A stretch of 60,491 nucleotides of DNA, the filler included, from Hausera hauseri (Eukaryota), in assembly GCA_046269625.1 (NCBI GenBank). It is 11 parts of 11 records of this genome, joined end to end, with 100 filler letters (N's around TTAATTAATTAA, not from the genome) between each part and the next. Parts side by side here need not be neighbours in the genome. Positions count along the whole stretch, not along the records: positions 36,794 to 41,424 come from JBJURY010496463.1; positions 41,525 to 45,838 come from JBJURY010640885.1; positions 45,939 to 52,658 come from JBJURY010072217.1; 8 more parts are not named here. One strand, written 5' to 3'. The position numbers were made by a program, and so were the translations under genes. Below the pieces are notes generated by a model. The model saw nothing but the letters and a program-made list of their open reading frames with translations, was not told the origin of the DNA and made no database searches. Positions 37,665 through 49,192 of this stretch are shown here, piece after piece; within the stretch, counting starts at the first letter, position 1; the number at the start of each line of letters is the position of its first letter.

Positions 37665-39056
37665 TTAGCTACTTTTTCGACTAAACTCAGGATCTGCGTC
37701 TAAGTCGACTGCCGACGGTTTATTGCTTATCGGAATACTCTTTTTCCGTGTCATATCACTCCGTTTCGGTGCTATCGCGTGTTCATATTCAGTTTCTGGT
37801 TCTGCTAAGCAATGGTACACTTCTAGTAATCTCAGTTTATCCCCGCATTCTCTTCTGGCCATCAGAATTTGTAGGTTAGTGGTATCCGGTTGAGCATCTA
37901 GGAATTTTCTCAAATCCTGTATATCGATGAGAGTGCTTGTATCTCCACAAATGCCATACTTTGCTTTTAAATTCTCATTGATTCTAATCATACTAATCTT
38001 ATTTGGCTTAGTAAATGAGACATTACGTGAGTTTGGGCATGACCTTGATATGTGTCCTTCTTTGCCGCAAGTAAAACAAACCAAATTGCCATTTCTGCCG
38101 ACTCGCTGTCGACCGTCTTCGTTCACTGTTGACTTAGATCTATTTGCACTCTTATTAAACTGGTTTCGCAAACTTTGCATACTATCGGCAGTTCGTTTAT
38201 TATCATTGCTTTGGTTATCACCGTTTTGATTCGAGTAGTTTGGACCCTTATAATTTCTTCTATTTCCATCCCAGTTTGATCTGTTCGTATTAGCATAATT
38301 ATTACCTCTGCCATTTCTGTAACCGCCATTATTATTTCGATTCCCATAATTTCTGTTACCTGCAAATCGTCCATCGTCTCTTTCACGATTATCATTGCGG
38401 TCATTCCGATCATTATTCCTGTCGTTTCTATCATTATGTCTGGCATATCTATCTAGCGCCATTTCTAAGTCTTGAGCTAGTTGTAACGTTCCTTCAAAAT
38501 TCTCAGGTCTAGCTAAAATCAACTGTTTAACTAAGTCTCGTGACCAAATACAATTTATTAGTTGCGTCGTCATCATCACATCTAAATCTGGTGGTGAAGC
38601 CTTCTCTGGGGCGTCACGTTCTGCGTCCGATTTAGCTTTAGCTATGTTGGCTATACGCAATGTGTTTATATAACTGTTAGCGAGTTTCTTCAACGCAAAT
38701 GCGAATTGGGTTACTGATTCACCTTTTTGCTGTACTCTATTCTGAAATGCCATAAGCTTTTGCTGCGGCGTAACTGTTGGCAGTAATTTGCAATTTAATG
38801 CTCCTACCAGGGAGGACCAAGATTTCTTCTCGTCATTAGTGAGCTCACTATAAGTGTCAGCGGCTAAGTTTTTCAAATATAACGACAATCGTTTTATCAT
38901 TACTTCAGGAGTGAGGCTGGCACCTTCTGCGTGCAATTTATAAGTTCTCAAGAATTCATTAAGCCCGTCTAGGTCTTCATCATATGCTGGCAGGTTTAGA
39001 GAGTCAAAGGTAAAGATGTCCAGTTTCTGTGCTACTGGTGGATTATCAGTTGCCAT
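37665..39056 (-). CDS. gag: Gypsy-type Gag (capsid region, N/D/R-rich tract, CCHC knuckle)
   Basis: FQNRVQQKGESVTQFAFAL (MHR-like QxxxEsv) and CFTCGKEGHISRSC; lies downstream of an LTR and PBS. Confidence 0.92.
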   Translation of the reverse strand: MATDNPPVAQKLDIFTFDSLNLPAYDEDLDGLNEFLRTYKLHAEGASLTPEVMIKRLSLYLKNLAADTYSELTNDEKKSWSSLVGALNCKLLPTVTPQQKLMAFQNRVQQKGESVTQFAFALKKLANSYINTLRIANIAKAKSDAERDAPEKASPPDLDVMMTTQLINCIWSRDLVKQLILARPENFEGTLQLAQDLEMALDRYARHNDRNDRNNDRNDRNDNRERDDGRFAGNRNYGNRNNNGGYRNGRGNNYANTNRSNWDGNRRNYKGPNYSNQNGDNQSNDNKRTADSMQSLRNQFNKSANRSKSTVNEDGRQRVGRNGNLVCFTCGKEGHISRSCPNSRNVSFTKPNKISMIRINENLKAKYGICGDTSTLIDIQDLRKFLDAQPDTTNLQILMARRECGDKLRLLEVYHCLAEPETEYEHAIAPKRSDMTRKKSIPISNKPSAVDLDADPEFSRKSS

Positions 39057-39432
39057 TTTATTTACGTTATTTGGTTCTAAATTTGCTTTATTTGCTTTAG
39101 GTTTTTCGAGTGCTATTTTAAACTGTTTATTTTGTGCGAAAACGTCTTATTTAATCTTATTCTCGGAATTTGAAAGTTTATCTACCTTTTTTGTTTCTCT
39201 GTTTATATTTCTACGCGTTTCACGCATAGGTGAATTGTCTTTTAATATATGGTTTATTCCTGGCCTATCAATGTTTGTTCACAAGTTTTGTTTACTTATC
39301 CCCGTAAGAATAGCCTATATACCCAATTTAAATTTCCGATTTTGAAAAAATCAAATTACTCGATGTAATGGCGCTGTTCGCCGATGTGTAATTATTTAAC
39401 TCTGATACGTAAAGTTTAGCTAGGTACAGACT

Positions 39433-39450
39433 GTCCTGCTAGGGTCGCCA
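39433..39450 (-). promoter_or_regulatory. Primer-binding site (18 nt, probably tRNA-Arg)
   Basis: TGGCGACCCTAGCAGGAC lies 2 nt after the LTR CA end and is complementary to a tRNA 3' end ...GUCCUGCUAGGGUCGCCA. The tRNA identity is inferred. Confidence 0.8.
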
Positions 39451-39452
39451 AA

Positions 39453-40102
39453 TGTTATATATTGGGGTGGACCTTATGCAGCTCCCACTGTACAACAATT
39501 TATTATACTTAAAATTAGATTTCTATGCAGGCCGGTCTACCGTAATCGAATAGACTGACTGTACCTTAACGTTAAAACACTGTGCGGGTTAATGCGTGCG
39601 GTCCTGTGCAATTTGTTAATGAAATTCTTCTCTTAACTATGAAGTTTACGTATAGAATTTAGCCTTAATGTCGTCTAATCACCCTTAAGGGGCGATGGAA
39701 ATTATTCAGGGATTTTGAAAATCAACACGGAATTACCGATATCTTTATTCTGCACCACAGATCAACAATTTGATTCGATCACTCTTAGATAAGTCTTTAG
39801 AAAGAAATTTTTTAGTTCGCACTCTTCTCTATTTCAAAACTTCTGACTTCTGGTTTTTGACTTGCCTTTTATATATCTCACGCTAATGATTTTTTTACGC
39901 CTCAGCCAATTTTTATTCAATACTTTTGAATTTCCTTTATTAAATATTTATTTTTCTTCAATTCTTTCTCATTTAGTTCTAAAAATTTTCTGTACATAGT
40001 ATCGATAATAAATGAAAATACTATTTTATGTTCATGAATACAATTGATGCTTGATTAAACATTTATATACACTATTGTTGTTTGTCTCCTCATTTCACAA
40101 CA
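39453..40102 (-). repeat. LTR (650 bp), TGTT...AACA
   Basis: Inverted termini, bounded by a PPT upstream and a PBS downstream. Confidence 0.88.
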
Positions 40103-41155
40103 TTTCTCCTCCTTGAACGGCATCCTCGGATGTGCCTATTGCGTCAGGAGAGGTGCCGAGGCGACGGGGATTCCGCAACAATTCCATTCGTTGTCTTAGA
40201 CTGGGTCCAGAACTGGTACTAGGCTGTTCTTCTCTGGGATTAGGTTCCAATTCATAACTATGGTAGGGCTTAATTCTAACTATTCGGGTATGGCTACCGT
40301 TCGAATAGTACTTCAGATCAGCAGCTTCGGCTCGACATACTGGACATGTGGTCTTCCCATTATCCAGCGTCTATTTCTCCAGACAGTCTCTACAATATTT
40401 ATGTCGACAGTCGGGGTTATTTAGCACAACGTATCCTTGCTTCAGGTACGCCTCGCACACTGGACATTCGTCTTCTTCCTTTGCCCAATTCTCATCGTCC
40501 AGATCCACTCTCAACAGAATCTCAATAGGCTCTACTATCAACCCTTCTTCATCTTGGTATAAATAAGCGTATATCCTTTTTTGCTTCGGATTTATGGAAC
40601 TGTTCTTAGGATCACACCCAACGGCGATTAGGGTCAAATCGCTGAGAGTGTATCGATCTACATCCAGAACTTCACCAGTCGATTGGTATTTTTGATATTG
40701 TTTCTTTAACAGCAGCTTAAGTGATTTATCCACAGGAAATAATACTTTACCATTTTGTTTGTACTGAAATATTGGGGCAATATACTTTTCGATTTTGGGA
40801 TTTTCCCAGACATACGTGTTCGGGTAAACTTGTCTGGCAGGCAATAGTTTGACAAAAAACATCGCTTTTTTAATCTTCTGTTTACTATAGTATTTGTGGC
40901 TACTAACATCCTTGAGTAGTCTGCAGTTGTAGAATAATGGACATTTTCTGTGGATGTCTTCTTTCGTAAGACATTTATTTTGGTTATTTGTTCTTCCTGT
41001 TTTCTTTTTGGTTTTACTACGGTTTTTTCTATACGGGGCTGCATCCTTGGCCCTGCGGGTTTTGCGGTTGATCGTTCTGGTTTAAGGTCCTTTCTGCCCG
41101 TTTTGGGTTCCTCTTTCGATCTCCTTTCACCTCTCTTGCTTTTCTTCTTGAACAA
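40095..41155 (-). pseudogene. 3' accessory ORF of the LTR element with a C3HC4 RING finger
   Basis: CPVC-x15-CRHKYCRDCLEK*TLDNGKTTCPVCR. After the single TAG at 40371-40373 the frame stays open through the PPT and ends at TGA 40095-40097 inside the LTR. A Lys-rich upstream part is in another frame. Confidence 0.8.
40103..40114 (-). promoter_or_regulatory. Polypurine tract
   Basis: AAGGAGGAGAAA immediately before the LTR TG. Confidence 0.8.
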
Positions 41156-41524
41156 GTAATCGAAAAAGGAGGTTTTACTTTTTGTTGTTTTGCCGCTTTC
41201 AATCTCTGACTTTCTCTGTTCCTCTTCTATGCATTTTCAAAGTATTTCGGGTATCTTAAATGGACTATTGCTTGCTGTGGCACCATAACTGGTACTGGGT
41301 CTTCCGTTGGTGCGTGCTTTATTTACTGTCTCCTCCGTATTCAATCCCTGTATGGTTATTTGGTAGTTCCAGTCTGGTTTAATTTCAACATTCCTGGGTG
41401 GAGAGTACGAGCACAAATGCCTACNNNNNNNNNNNNNNNNNNNNNNNNNNNNNNNNNNNNNNNNNNNNTTAATTAATTAANNNNNNNNNNNNNNNNNNNN
41501 NNNNNNNNNNNNNNNNNNNNNNNN

Positions 41525-41876
41525 AAGAATTTTTCACATTCTTTAATGAACCTCTCCACGCCGTCGCCATTTCTGAATTTGTTGGGCAACAATTGATTCG
41601 CGAAAATGTAGGCCGCGGGCGCATCCACGCCGTCCTGGCATATCCGTTAAAGCAGAATTTAATCGTTTGTAATTACTCATTGCAAAGTTAACACCAGTTG
41701 AAGAAAATTTTATTGCATCTCAAAATACTCGTTCCGAAACAAATTTTCCGAAAAATCGAAAAATAAATTATACTTTTAATATTATATTTTTAATTTAAAT
41801 TCATGGTCGAATTTTTAAAATTTAAAAATGTTTCTCATTTGAATTTAGAATTTCCGTTATCGATTATATCCTCACA
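41525..41876 (-). repeat. 5' portion of an LTR related to family C, inserted in a Tc1 transposase
   Basis: Starts TGTGAGGATATAAT like 33332; clear similarity between 41680-41876 and 33135-33332. Confidence 0.75.
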
Positions 41877-42241
41877 TTCATAATTTCGTCAATTTCATTC
41901 AACGATTTTCCTTCCATTTTGAGTTCAACAATACGTCTTCGAACTTCTTTTCGTTAGTTGGCATTTTTCTCTAAACGTCGTTACTTATATTAAAATATAA
42001 CAAAACTATTTACTAGATAAAATCACAAAACTAAATAACACTTTATAATTAAAAATCACTATACTGTGTGTATTTTATATGTTTTTGCTTAAGTGTATGT
42101 AGACTTTTCTACCATAAATTTTATGACAACACTTACCTTCGAACGAGGAGTAATTAATTTATATAAAAAGTTATTTGAATGTTAATAAGAAAGGGTAAAT
42201 AGAGATTTTAATGGATGTATGTAGACTTCCGTGTATAACTG
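41877..42241 (-). mobile_element. 5' end of an IR/DR-type Tc1 element (Sleeping Beauty-like TIR) with transposase HTH start
   Basis: TA|CAGTTATACACGGAAGTCTACATACA terminus, inner direct repeat AAGTCTACATACACTTAAG, and peptide EVRRRIVELKMEGKSLNEI. Confidence 0.75.
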
Positions 42242-43037
42242 TATATGTAAAGCACAAAGGTAATATTACGTCCGATCGAGATGGAATATTAATTGTAAAT
42301 CAACAACTTTCAATGGATGCAAATCAACAAGTTTTTATGAACATCAACACACTACTTGGTCAAATACGGTGCGCCTAAGTAGAAAAATGTTTCATTGGTT
42401 AAAAGGACTGAGTTTAAAACTGTAAAAAGTATCGGACATTTATTCAGTACTCCCCCATTTATAAGAATGTATTTTCTGCTTAAACGAAGTTATACCAATT
42501 TTAATCGCTAATTTTTCGGTACATAAAATATTTCACTACTTTTCTCTATTTAGTGTTTTTTCATGTTCTGTCAATCTAAAATGTATTGGTTTAATTCACA
42601 ATAGCATAATACGTCATGTATAAATTTTGTCTATGCACATGACTGACCAAACTATATTCGATGCATATTTTTATTTCGTCAGAACATAAAACGGCATAAA
42701 TAGAATATCAGCTCGAGAAAGGTTGAATATTCTTAAACGTAGTGAGCGAGATTTGAACAAGTGCGAAAAGCTGTAACATTTAAAGGTTACCATTATTTTG
42801 GATTTCTTTACATCTTTTTTCATATTATTAATTAATATATTTTTACGTTTGTGACCTTGATTTATTGTAAAATTCGTTTCCAATTTTTAATCGCCTATTT
42901 TTCGGTATATTGAATTGCAACGCCCCCCCCACGAAAGGTCAACAAAGAATTGAACATGAACACTATATTTAAATAGCAAATTGTATGAAACTCTGACTCG
43001 CTGTACTGACATTAAATACACACAGACACATGAATAA

Positions 43038-45381
43038 TCAGGATTGGTTTACAGTGGCACGGAAAACACCGTACACAACACAGACGTCATCAGGAACGGG
43101 CACCTTCTTCAAAAATTCATCTAGTTGTTTCAAGACGAAATTGTGCGGCAAGTCAGTCTGAAGAAAAAACCCCAATTAAATGCGGTGGCATTCACTCCAG
43201 TCCATTTAACGAACATTAATCAACAACCCCTCCAGTCGACCGAGTAACCAGAACCGTGTCTCATCGGTAATGGCCAATTGAGGATCGACGACAGCTGGTG
43301 GATTGGTCATGTAATCTATCAGCAATTCCGACAGACTCATCCGGTATTTCGATTGACGGACGGGTTTCGTGGAGTACTGGTTCAACCGACACAACAGACC
43401 GGACAACACCTGAATCACCTGGTCCATGTATCGACGTCGGGCAGCGCTGTAACTCTTCTTCGCTTCCGTTTTCGACAGATCACTCTCGTCATTTGCATCT
43501 TCGATTTCCTGCAGTTTGTTCCACGCGCTATTCTCTTCGATCGACGCTTTGTCGAGTGCACTGTTGATAATTTCCCAGATGTAGAAACAATTCAGTTGAT
43601 TGAACATTTCATCGGAGAACAGCCAACAAATGACGACAGACGGCTGGACGAGTTCGACATCTATCAGCCGCTGCGTGATCACGACCAGAAACTGCTGTTG
43701 CTCCTGCCAGACGCCGAACAGACTGTGCATCATTTCCAATTGGTCTTCGTCAGTCGACATTAATTCTTTGATGACTCGGGAAAATTTGTCGATGAACAGA
43801 AACGTATGAGTGAACGTTTTGCATCCGACACTCAGTAACGCCGTCATGAATGCGTCGATAACGCGTTTCGTTACACCCGGATACAGACCGTCACCAAGTT
43901 CAATTGTCTCGTTCTTCGGTGATTCAATGGTCGGTTCTTCCACTGGCAACGGGGAATCCACTTTCTCATCTCCATAGTTTTCCGTTTCCATTTCCCCGTT
44001 CTCACTGTGGTTCTCATTCACCTCGGGTGAATCTCCTTCGGCCAATTCTTTCTTTGGTTCAAGGCGTACTTCATCGATAACCTCCATTTTCAATGGTCCG
44101 TTGTTTTTTTCGTCCTCCAATCCATTGAGAAACGCGATTATGTCATCCGACGACGAGCCGCTTCTCAGTAAAATCATCAATCGTTGAACGGCTTTCTGGC
44201 ACGGTAAACTCCCTGCACACACCGAATGACCGTCAAATAAACCAAATGTAATTACTGGGCGCCCCTTCGCCGTATTTATTGACGGATCCCGGCGGTTTTG
44301 GTAACAGTCGTAAAAATTCCACGGGTACGATGGACTTAATATGGTCGAAAAACGCCAGTCGCATAATTCGCTGAAGAACTTCCATGATAAATCGGGGTTT
44401 CGGTTTATGGAACGAATCAGCAGCACAGTATAACCAATCAGACCAACTCCATTGGTATTTGAAATTACTCAGATGGTGAGAGAACCACAACATGAATCGA
44501 TCGATACAGACCGGACGCATACGTTCCAGTCTATCAAATAGAATTTCCGTAACCTGGGCAAGAACTAATGGAATGGAATTTGATGCTTCTCGACACAATT
44601 CCAACAAGACAGAATTGTAGTACAATTGCTGGTGATCGGATCGTGGTAATTTGAACATTTCCCCTAACACAGTCTCGACAATCATGTACGATATCGGCAG
44701 ACGAACTCTCATTGGCAGGGCAATCAATGCCTTAGCACTATGTGCGGGATATGAACCGATATCAACAAACATTTCATTTACCAAATTTTCCGGTTCGTGC
44801 AAAATCCATTGAGGATGATACGGTACTGTTCCTCAACGAGAAATCTCTCGATTGAATGGGACCCCGGTAAAATCAATTGTTCGACTTGCGGTTTCATTTC
44901 AACGTCCATTTCTTCTTTTGTCGAAACGACTTCCGGATTGTTGTTCTTATCCTCCAAACTGGGGATTGCTTCGGTTTTTGTCGTCTGTAATTCATCTTCC
45001 AACACATCGGTGTAATCCAACAAACGGAATATCACCATTGGTAACGGGAAAACACAGACAGACAATGTCAATGACAGCTAATTTGGTTTTTGTAACTATA
45101 TGAAAGGTGAGAAACGGATGAACTATCTACCTGTGGCAGTCGATGTGGTCGTGATTGTTGTACGTGAACAGCCAACACTGGATCGTTGTATAGTCGCCAG
45201 AGAACTCGCTCTCGCCAACCTTGAGTTCGCATATTTCGCAATTGATTCCACAAACAATCAATGTACTGGTAAATGCGACGTGAAAAATGGATGAACGACA
45301 TTTACAAATAGACTCACGTCTTCTTGAACCTGGTATTCATTCGTTGTCCATACTTGAAATATGTGTAAATAAAACGACACC
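43038..45381 (-). CDS. NCBP1: Nuclear cap-binding protein subunit 1 (CBP80), spliced, 5'-incomplete
   Basis: QED|YIDCLWNQL, VIFRLLDYTD, LPGSHSIERF, YMIVETVLGEMFKLP, WFSHHLSNFKYQWSWSDW, KTFTHTF. GT-AG introns at 43158-43214, 44213-44255, 44738-44781, 45078-45130 and 45266-45317 restore the frame. Stop at 43038-43040. Confidence 0.92.
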
Positions 45382-45938
45382 TAAAAATACGAAAATTTCA
45401 AAAATGAGACATAAGAAATGATGTCTGCAATGTATTTTAATGCATCTTCAGTTATATAGACTACTTCATATCCATTGAATCCGGTAATTGCCATAGTTGC
45501 GTTTCGGAATTTCTAAGAAGTTCTTCGGAACAGTGTCTCATACATTAAAAATTGACACTTTTATCAGCGTATCTGTTCTTCGATCTAATATTTGGTTTAT
45601 TATATGTCGTTTTTTATATACCGCCTCAGACTATGACTATTTTTCATTGAATGAATTATTACAAGTGGAACATTCAGTGCTAAATTTCGTTTAAAATTTG
45701 ACAAAAAATCAGAATGGCTAAGTTTGACTTAACTATAAAATGAATATCCTTATTTTCCTGGGATTCCCAATGATCCCACATTATATAACATTTACGTTAA
45801 TAATTTGTTATTTGCCAAACTTGTTGCACAGTGTTCTTNNNNNNNNNNNNNNNNNNNNNNNNNNNNNNNNNNNNNNNNNNNNTTAATTAATTAANNNNNN
45901 NNNNNNNNNNNNNNNNNNNNNNNNNNNNNNNNNNNNNN

Positions 45939-46095
45939 ACAATGTCACTGTCAAGCTCGATAATCCAATGTACCTACCTGTGGCATATACATCTATAAAC
46001 AATGTTGAAGTGAATTTTCGATGTGAAGGGGGCTACCTTATTGAATTTCCATATGGTACAGCAACCAGTCTAACTATTCATTTCCGTCGAATCCA
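45939..46095 (+). CDS. Polinton/adintovirus minor capsid (penton) C-terminus
   Basis: NPMYLPVAYTSINNVEVNF..G.LIEF..TSLTIHFRR is the typical penton C-terminal pattern. Confidence 0.7.
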
Positions 46096-46336
46096 ACAAC
46101 AACAACAACAAGGCGGTGAACTGCCGTATTTCGTTTGTAAACAGTATGGCTCTGGGTGGTTTTGTACATTGGCACGTTTAGCATTTCCGGTGTTGAAGCG
46201 TATTGGAGCCGTGGAAGCAAAAACAGCACAGGACGTACTATATGTAAACAAATCGATTTTACCATCAGTGAAGGAACATGCCTTGTCAGAAATAAAATTC
46301 ACTACAATTGGGTTGAGAAAACCTCGTAGAGCATAA
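46096..46336 (+). CDS. Polinton/adintovirus small virion protein (amphipathic, pVI-like)
   Basis: QQGGELPYF..QYGSGWFCTLARLAFPVLKRIG: a QxGxG maturation-protease-type site followed by an amphipathic helix, located between penton and hexon. Confidence 0.6.
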
Positions 46337-46402
46337 TCGAGCTCATCAACTATAAACAAATGTCGCTGTTGTATGATTTTCGATTGATTGACAGATAGAC
46401 AA

Positions 46403-46670
46403 ATGGCATCTACAAAATCTGAATTGTGTATATTTGACAAAGGCGAACCACAAGTTGTTATTTACAATGCGGCATTTGAAGAAATCTATCCCGCTGATTC
46501 GGTTTCAACGGACGATAATATTACCATTCAATTCAACATTATGGCTTCGGGCAATGAATACCTGGATTTGAACGATACACTACTCTATGTAAAAGTCATT
46601 GTTAAAAAGGATGCATCACCGGTTCTCGCTGAAACAGACACTGTCACAACGGCTAATTACCTTTTCCTCA
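46403..46670 (+). pseudogene. Polinton/adintovirus major capsid protein (hexon) N-terminus, interrupted
   Basis: TKSELCIF..PQVVI..FEEIYP..IQFNI..GNEYLDLNDTLLYVKV; homology is lost near 46670. Confidence 0.8.
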
Positions 46671-46682
46671 CTATCGTAGAGT

Positions 46683-47238
46683 TGTGTGAGGTGAGAAAAG
46701 AACACGGCAGCTATACTTGGTTTGTTTGTTGTCGTTTGTTAAAGCAGAAGATACAATACATCGTTAAAATAAATCGAACTACATATGAACTCACATTTTC
46801 GTTCGACGTGAAGGTATTTACACTGTTTGAATTTTCAGATTCGGATTTCAACGAAGTTAAATCTTTGCAATTAGCATCGTTCATCAACTGATTAGGAAAA
46901 TAGAAGCTGTCGGATTTTGTGTCAATATCACTGTTCTGAGATATAACAATTGAATAAAGGTCTGTTGTAGAATAATGGTTGGTATGTTGTATCGTTTGGA
47001 TTGAGGGGATTCAGTATTTTGATGTTGTATTCGCGTACAAAGGAATTGTTCTGTAAAATGAGGGCATTGTATGAAATCTCGAAGAGGGATCTATAGATCT
47101 GGGTTGTTGTGGTCCGGATGAGATATTCTGGCACGATGAGATAAAATCAAAAAAGCATATCAACTCGTCAGCGATGACAAAACAAAGAACAACAAATGAG
47201 AAAACAAGAGTATTTAAAAGTCCTTGTTGGGCACATCA
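46683..47238 (-). repeat. Putative 3' LTR of Gypsy family D
   Basis: Begins TGATGTGCCCAACAAGGACTTTTAAATA right after a G6 tract (47239-47244); a related sequence begins at 52199. The left boundary is uncertain. Confidence 0.55.
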
Positions 47239-47244
47239 CCCCCC

Positions 47245-48724
47245 GTGGCAAAGCAAAGACTAACGAGGTAAGAAAGTAGAAAATGGATAGAAACGGTGCA
47301 GGCAGTCTAAGTGGTCTTTGTGTGGATAAGGTGAACGACAATTTAGATGTACCCGAAATGTCTAGTGATTCTCCTGAAGCCGTAAATAACGATTTAGCGT
47401 TGAATGGTGAATTTTATACAGGGAAAGTGAGTGGTAGCAACGAAACCGCAGCGCCTGTGTCGATAAGGAAATCTATGGATTGAGTTTGGTTGAGTGTGGT
47501 TATCGAAGCCTTTAGTGTAAAGACTGCAAAAGAAGTGTGTCGACAGGTAGTATTAGAGAAGTTGCCTTTGCCAGACTCTGCCGTGAGTACGGGCGGCGAA
47601 ATTAGTTTTTTGAAAAAGGAGAAACATGGCAGCTGTTAGAAGGGACGTTTGTGTGTTCTTCATTTGCATGATGAGATTTTTTTTTTAAAGTACAACCAGA
47701 AATGCATCTGCGTGCATTATGTCGGAATTTTGCATAATATATACAAATGGCGTTATCTGTATGTATCTTTGATTATAAAATTTGCACCATAGGTGGAATT
47801 TCTGTGCATTATTATCAAACCTACCATGGTAGTAGCAAATCGGTGATCGTCCAGTTGAGGATGAACGACCACGGGATATTGAACGGTTACGGTCACGTAT
47901 GAAACTCCTTCGTCCAGTCAATGAAATCTCGTTCACTTTTTTGTTAATATTACTTATTGTTGTTTGTAGGGCCGCATTTTCGGCTCGTAGTTGATTTAAC
48001 TGCTGTTCGAATGTAGCGTTATTGGTAGTAACGGCTGCAGAAATGACTGATTGGGTGTGTACATTCAAAACCTCGTATGTTTTATCTGCCAGTTCGGCCA
48101 ATTTATCAAGTGTCGGCGATTTTTCGACAACAGTAAGTAATGTCCTAGTTTGTATTGGCAATGCGTTCAGGAAGTAGTGTCGCAAAAGATCGGCGTTATG
48201 TTGTTTAGTCACGCCAAGTGTTTGAAGTTGAACAAGTGAAGTTCTAAGGAAATCTGATGGTTTGTAGATCCCTATGAAGAACCAATGAGTTATGGAGTCC
48301 ATAGATGGTTCGGTAAGATTTAAAACGGCATTGTAAAAATGGGTGTATGGATCTGGTTGCTGGAAGATGTCTCGCAAATCATGAATGGACGTTTTTACAG
48401 TTGTCGGTAAAAGACAATGTAGGTCNNNNNNNNNNTGTAGGTCATGAGCTTTGGTTAGCGGATCAGTAATGTTGTTGGACTGCAGCCAAAGTATGTGAAA
48501 ACTAAGCCAAGTTTTGCTGGATTTTTCGTGATCGATAAAATACTCCGTGCATAGAGAAGTGCGTTTGGCTGGCGAAATAGAAATGTATAACTGGTGAAAG
48601 TAAATGGTGTGGTTACGGTCGTTGCTCTCTGGTGAAAAGCAAAGTGATGGTTTAGAGGTAATTTTGTCAGTGGTGTCAATGGTGGGTGAAGAGTCCATTC
48701 AACCACGTATGCGCAAATGTACAT
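47245..48724 (-). pseudogene. Gypsy family D gag + protease, lacking RT/IN
   Basis: Gag with KPSDFL..LQ, FLNALP..LDKLAELADK and ICYYHGRF..AQK..CKF; protease FLIDTGAAVSLLP near 47440-47475. Confidence 0.8.
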
Positions 48725-49192
48725 GGATAATTAGGTATGGTGTTGCAGAAGAAAAAAGTTGCGAACATTAGCATTAAAGATTGGTATATTATTAAGGGTT
48801 AAGTAAGTCTGAAAGAGCAGTAAAATGTTGTACATATTTGTGTAAGTGCAGTGAGTTTATATGGTATGTCGTTTTGCGCACCAGCATTTGTGAATTATTT
48901 AATAAAAAGTAAAGCGAAAGAGGTGTCACATGCCATATTGGGTGGTGTGGCGATAGAATGAACCATGGTATGGGACCCACTGACAAAGGACGGACGGTTG
49001 TGTAGTCGGTCACGCTGTGATTCGCTTGTAACTCGAGAGTATTGTTGCACGCATATGGACAAAAATCTGAACTATGGAGGTAAATGAACTGCAAAGGACA
49101 ACCGCAACGGAGGGCGAAGTTTAAAAAGGGTGTTGTTGTGTCAATAATCGTATGGATAATTATATATGGGAAAATAAGGAAGAGGGATATCG

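Noticed and set aside
48995-49025. Possible PBS/5' LTR for Gypsy family D
   Set aside because: Lacks the TGG start, and the adjacent sequence does not match the putative 3' LTR.
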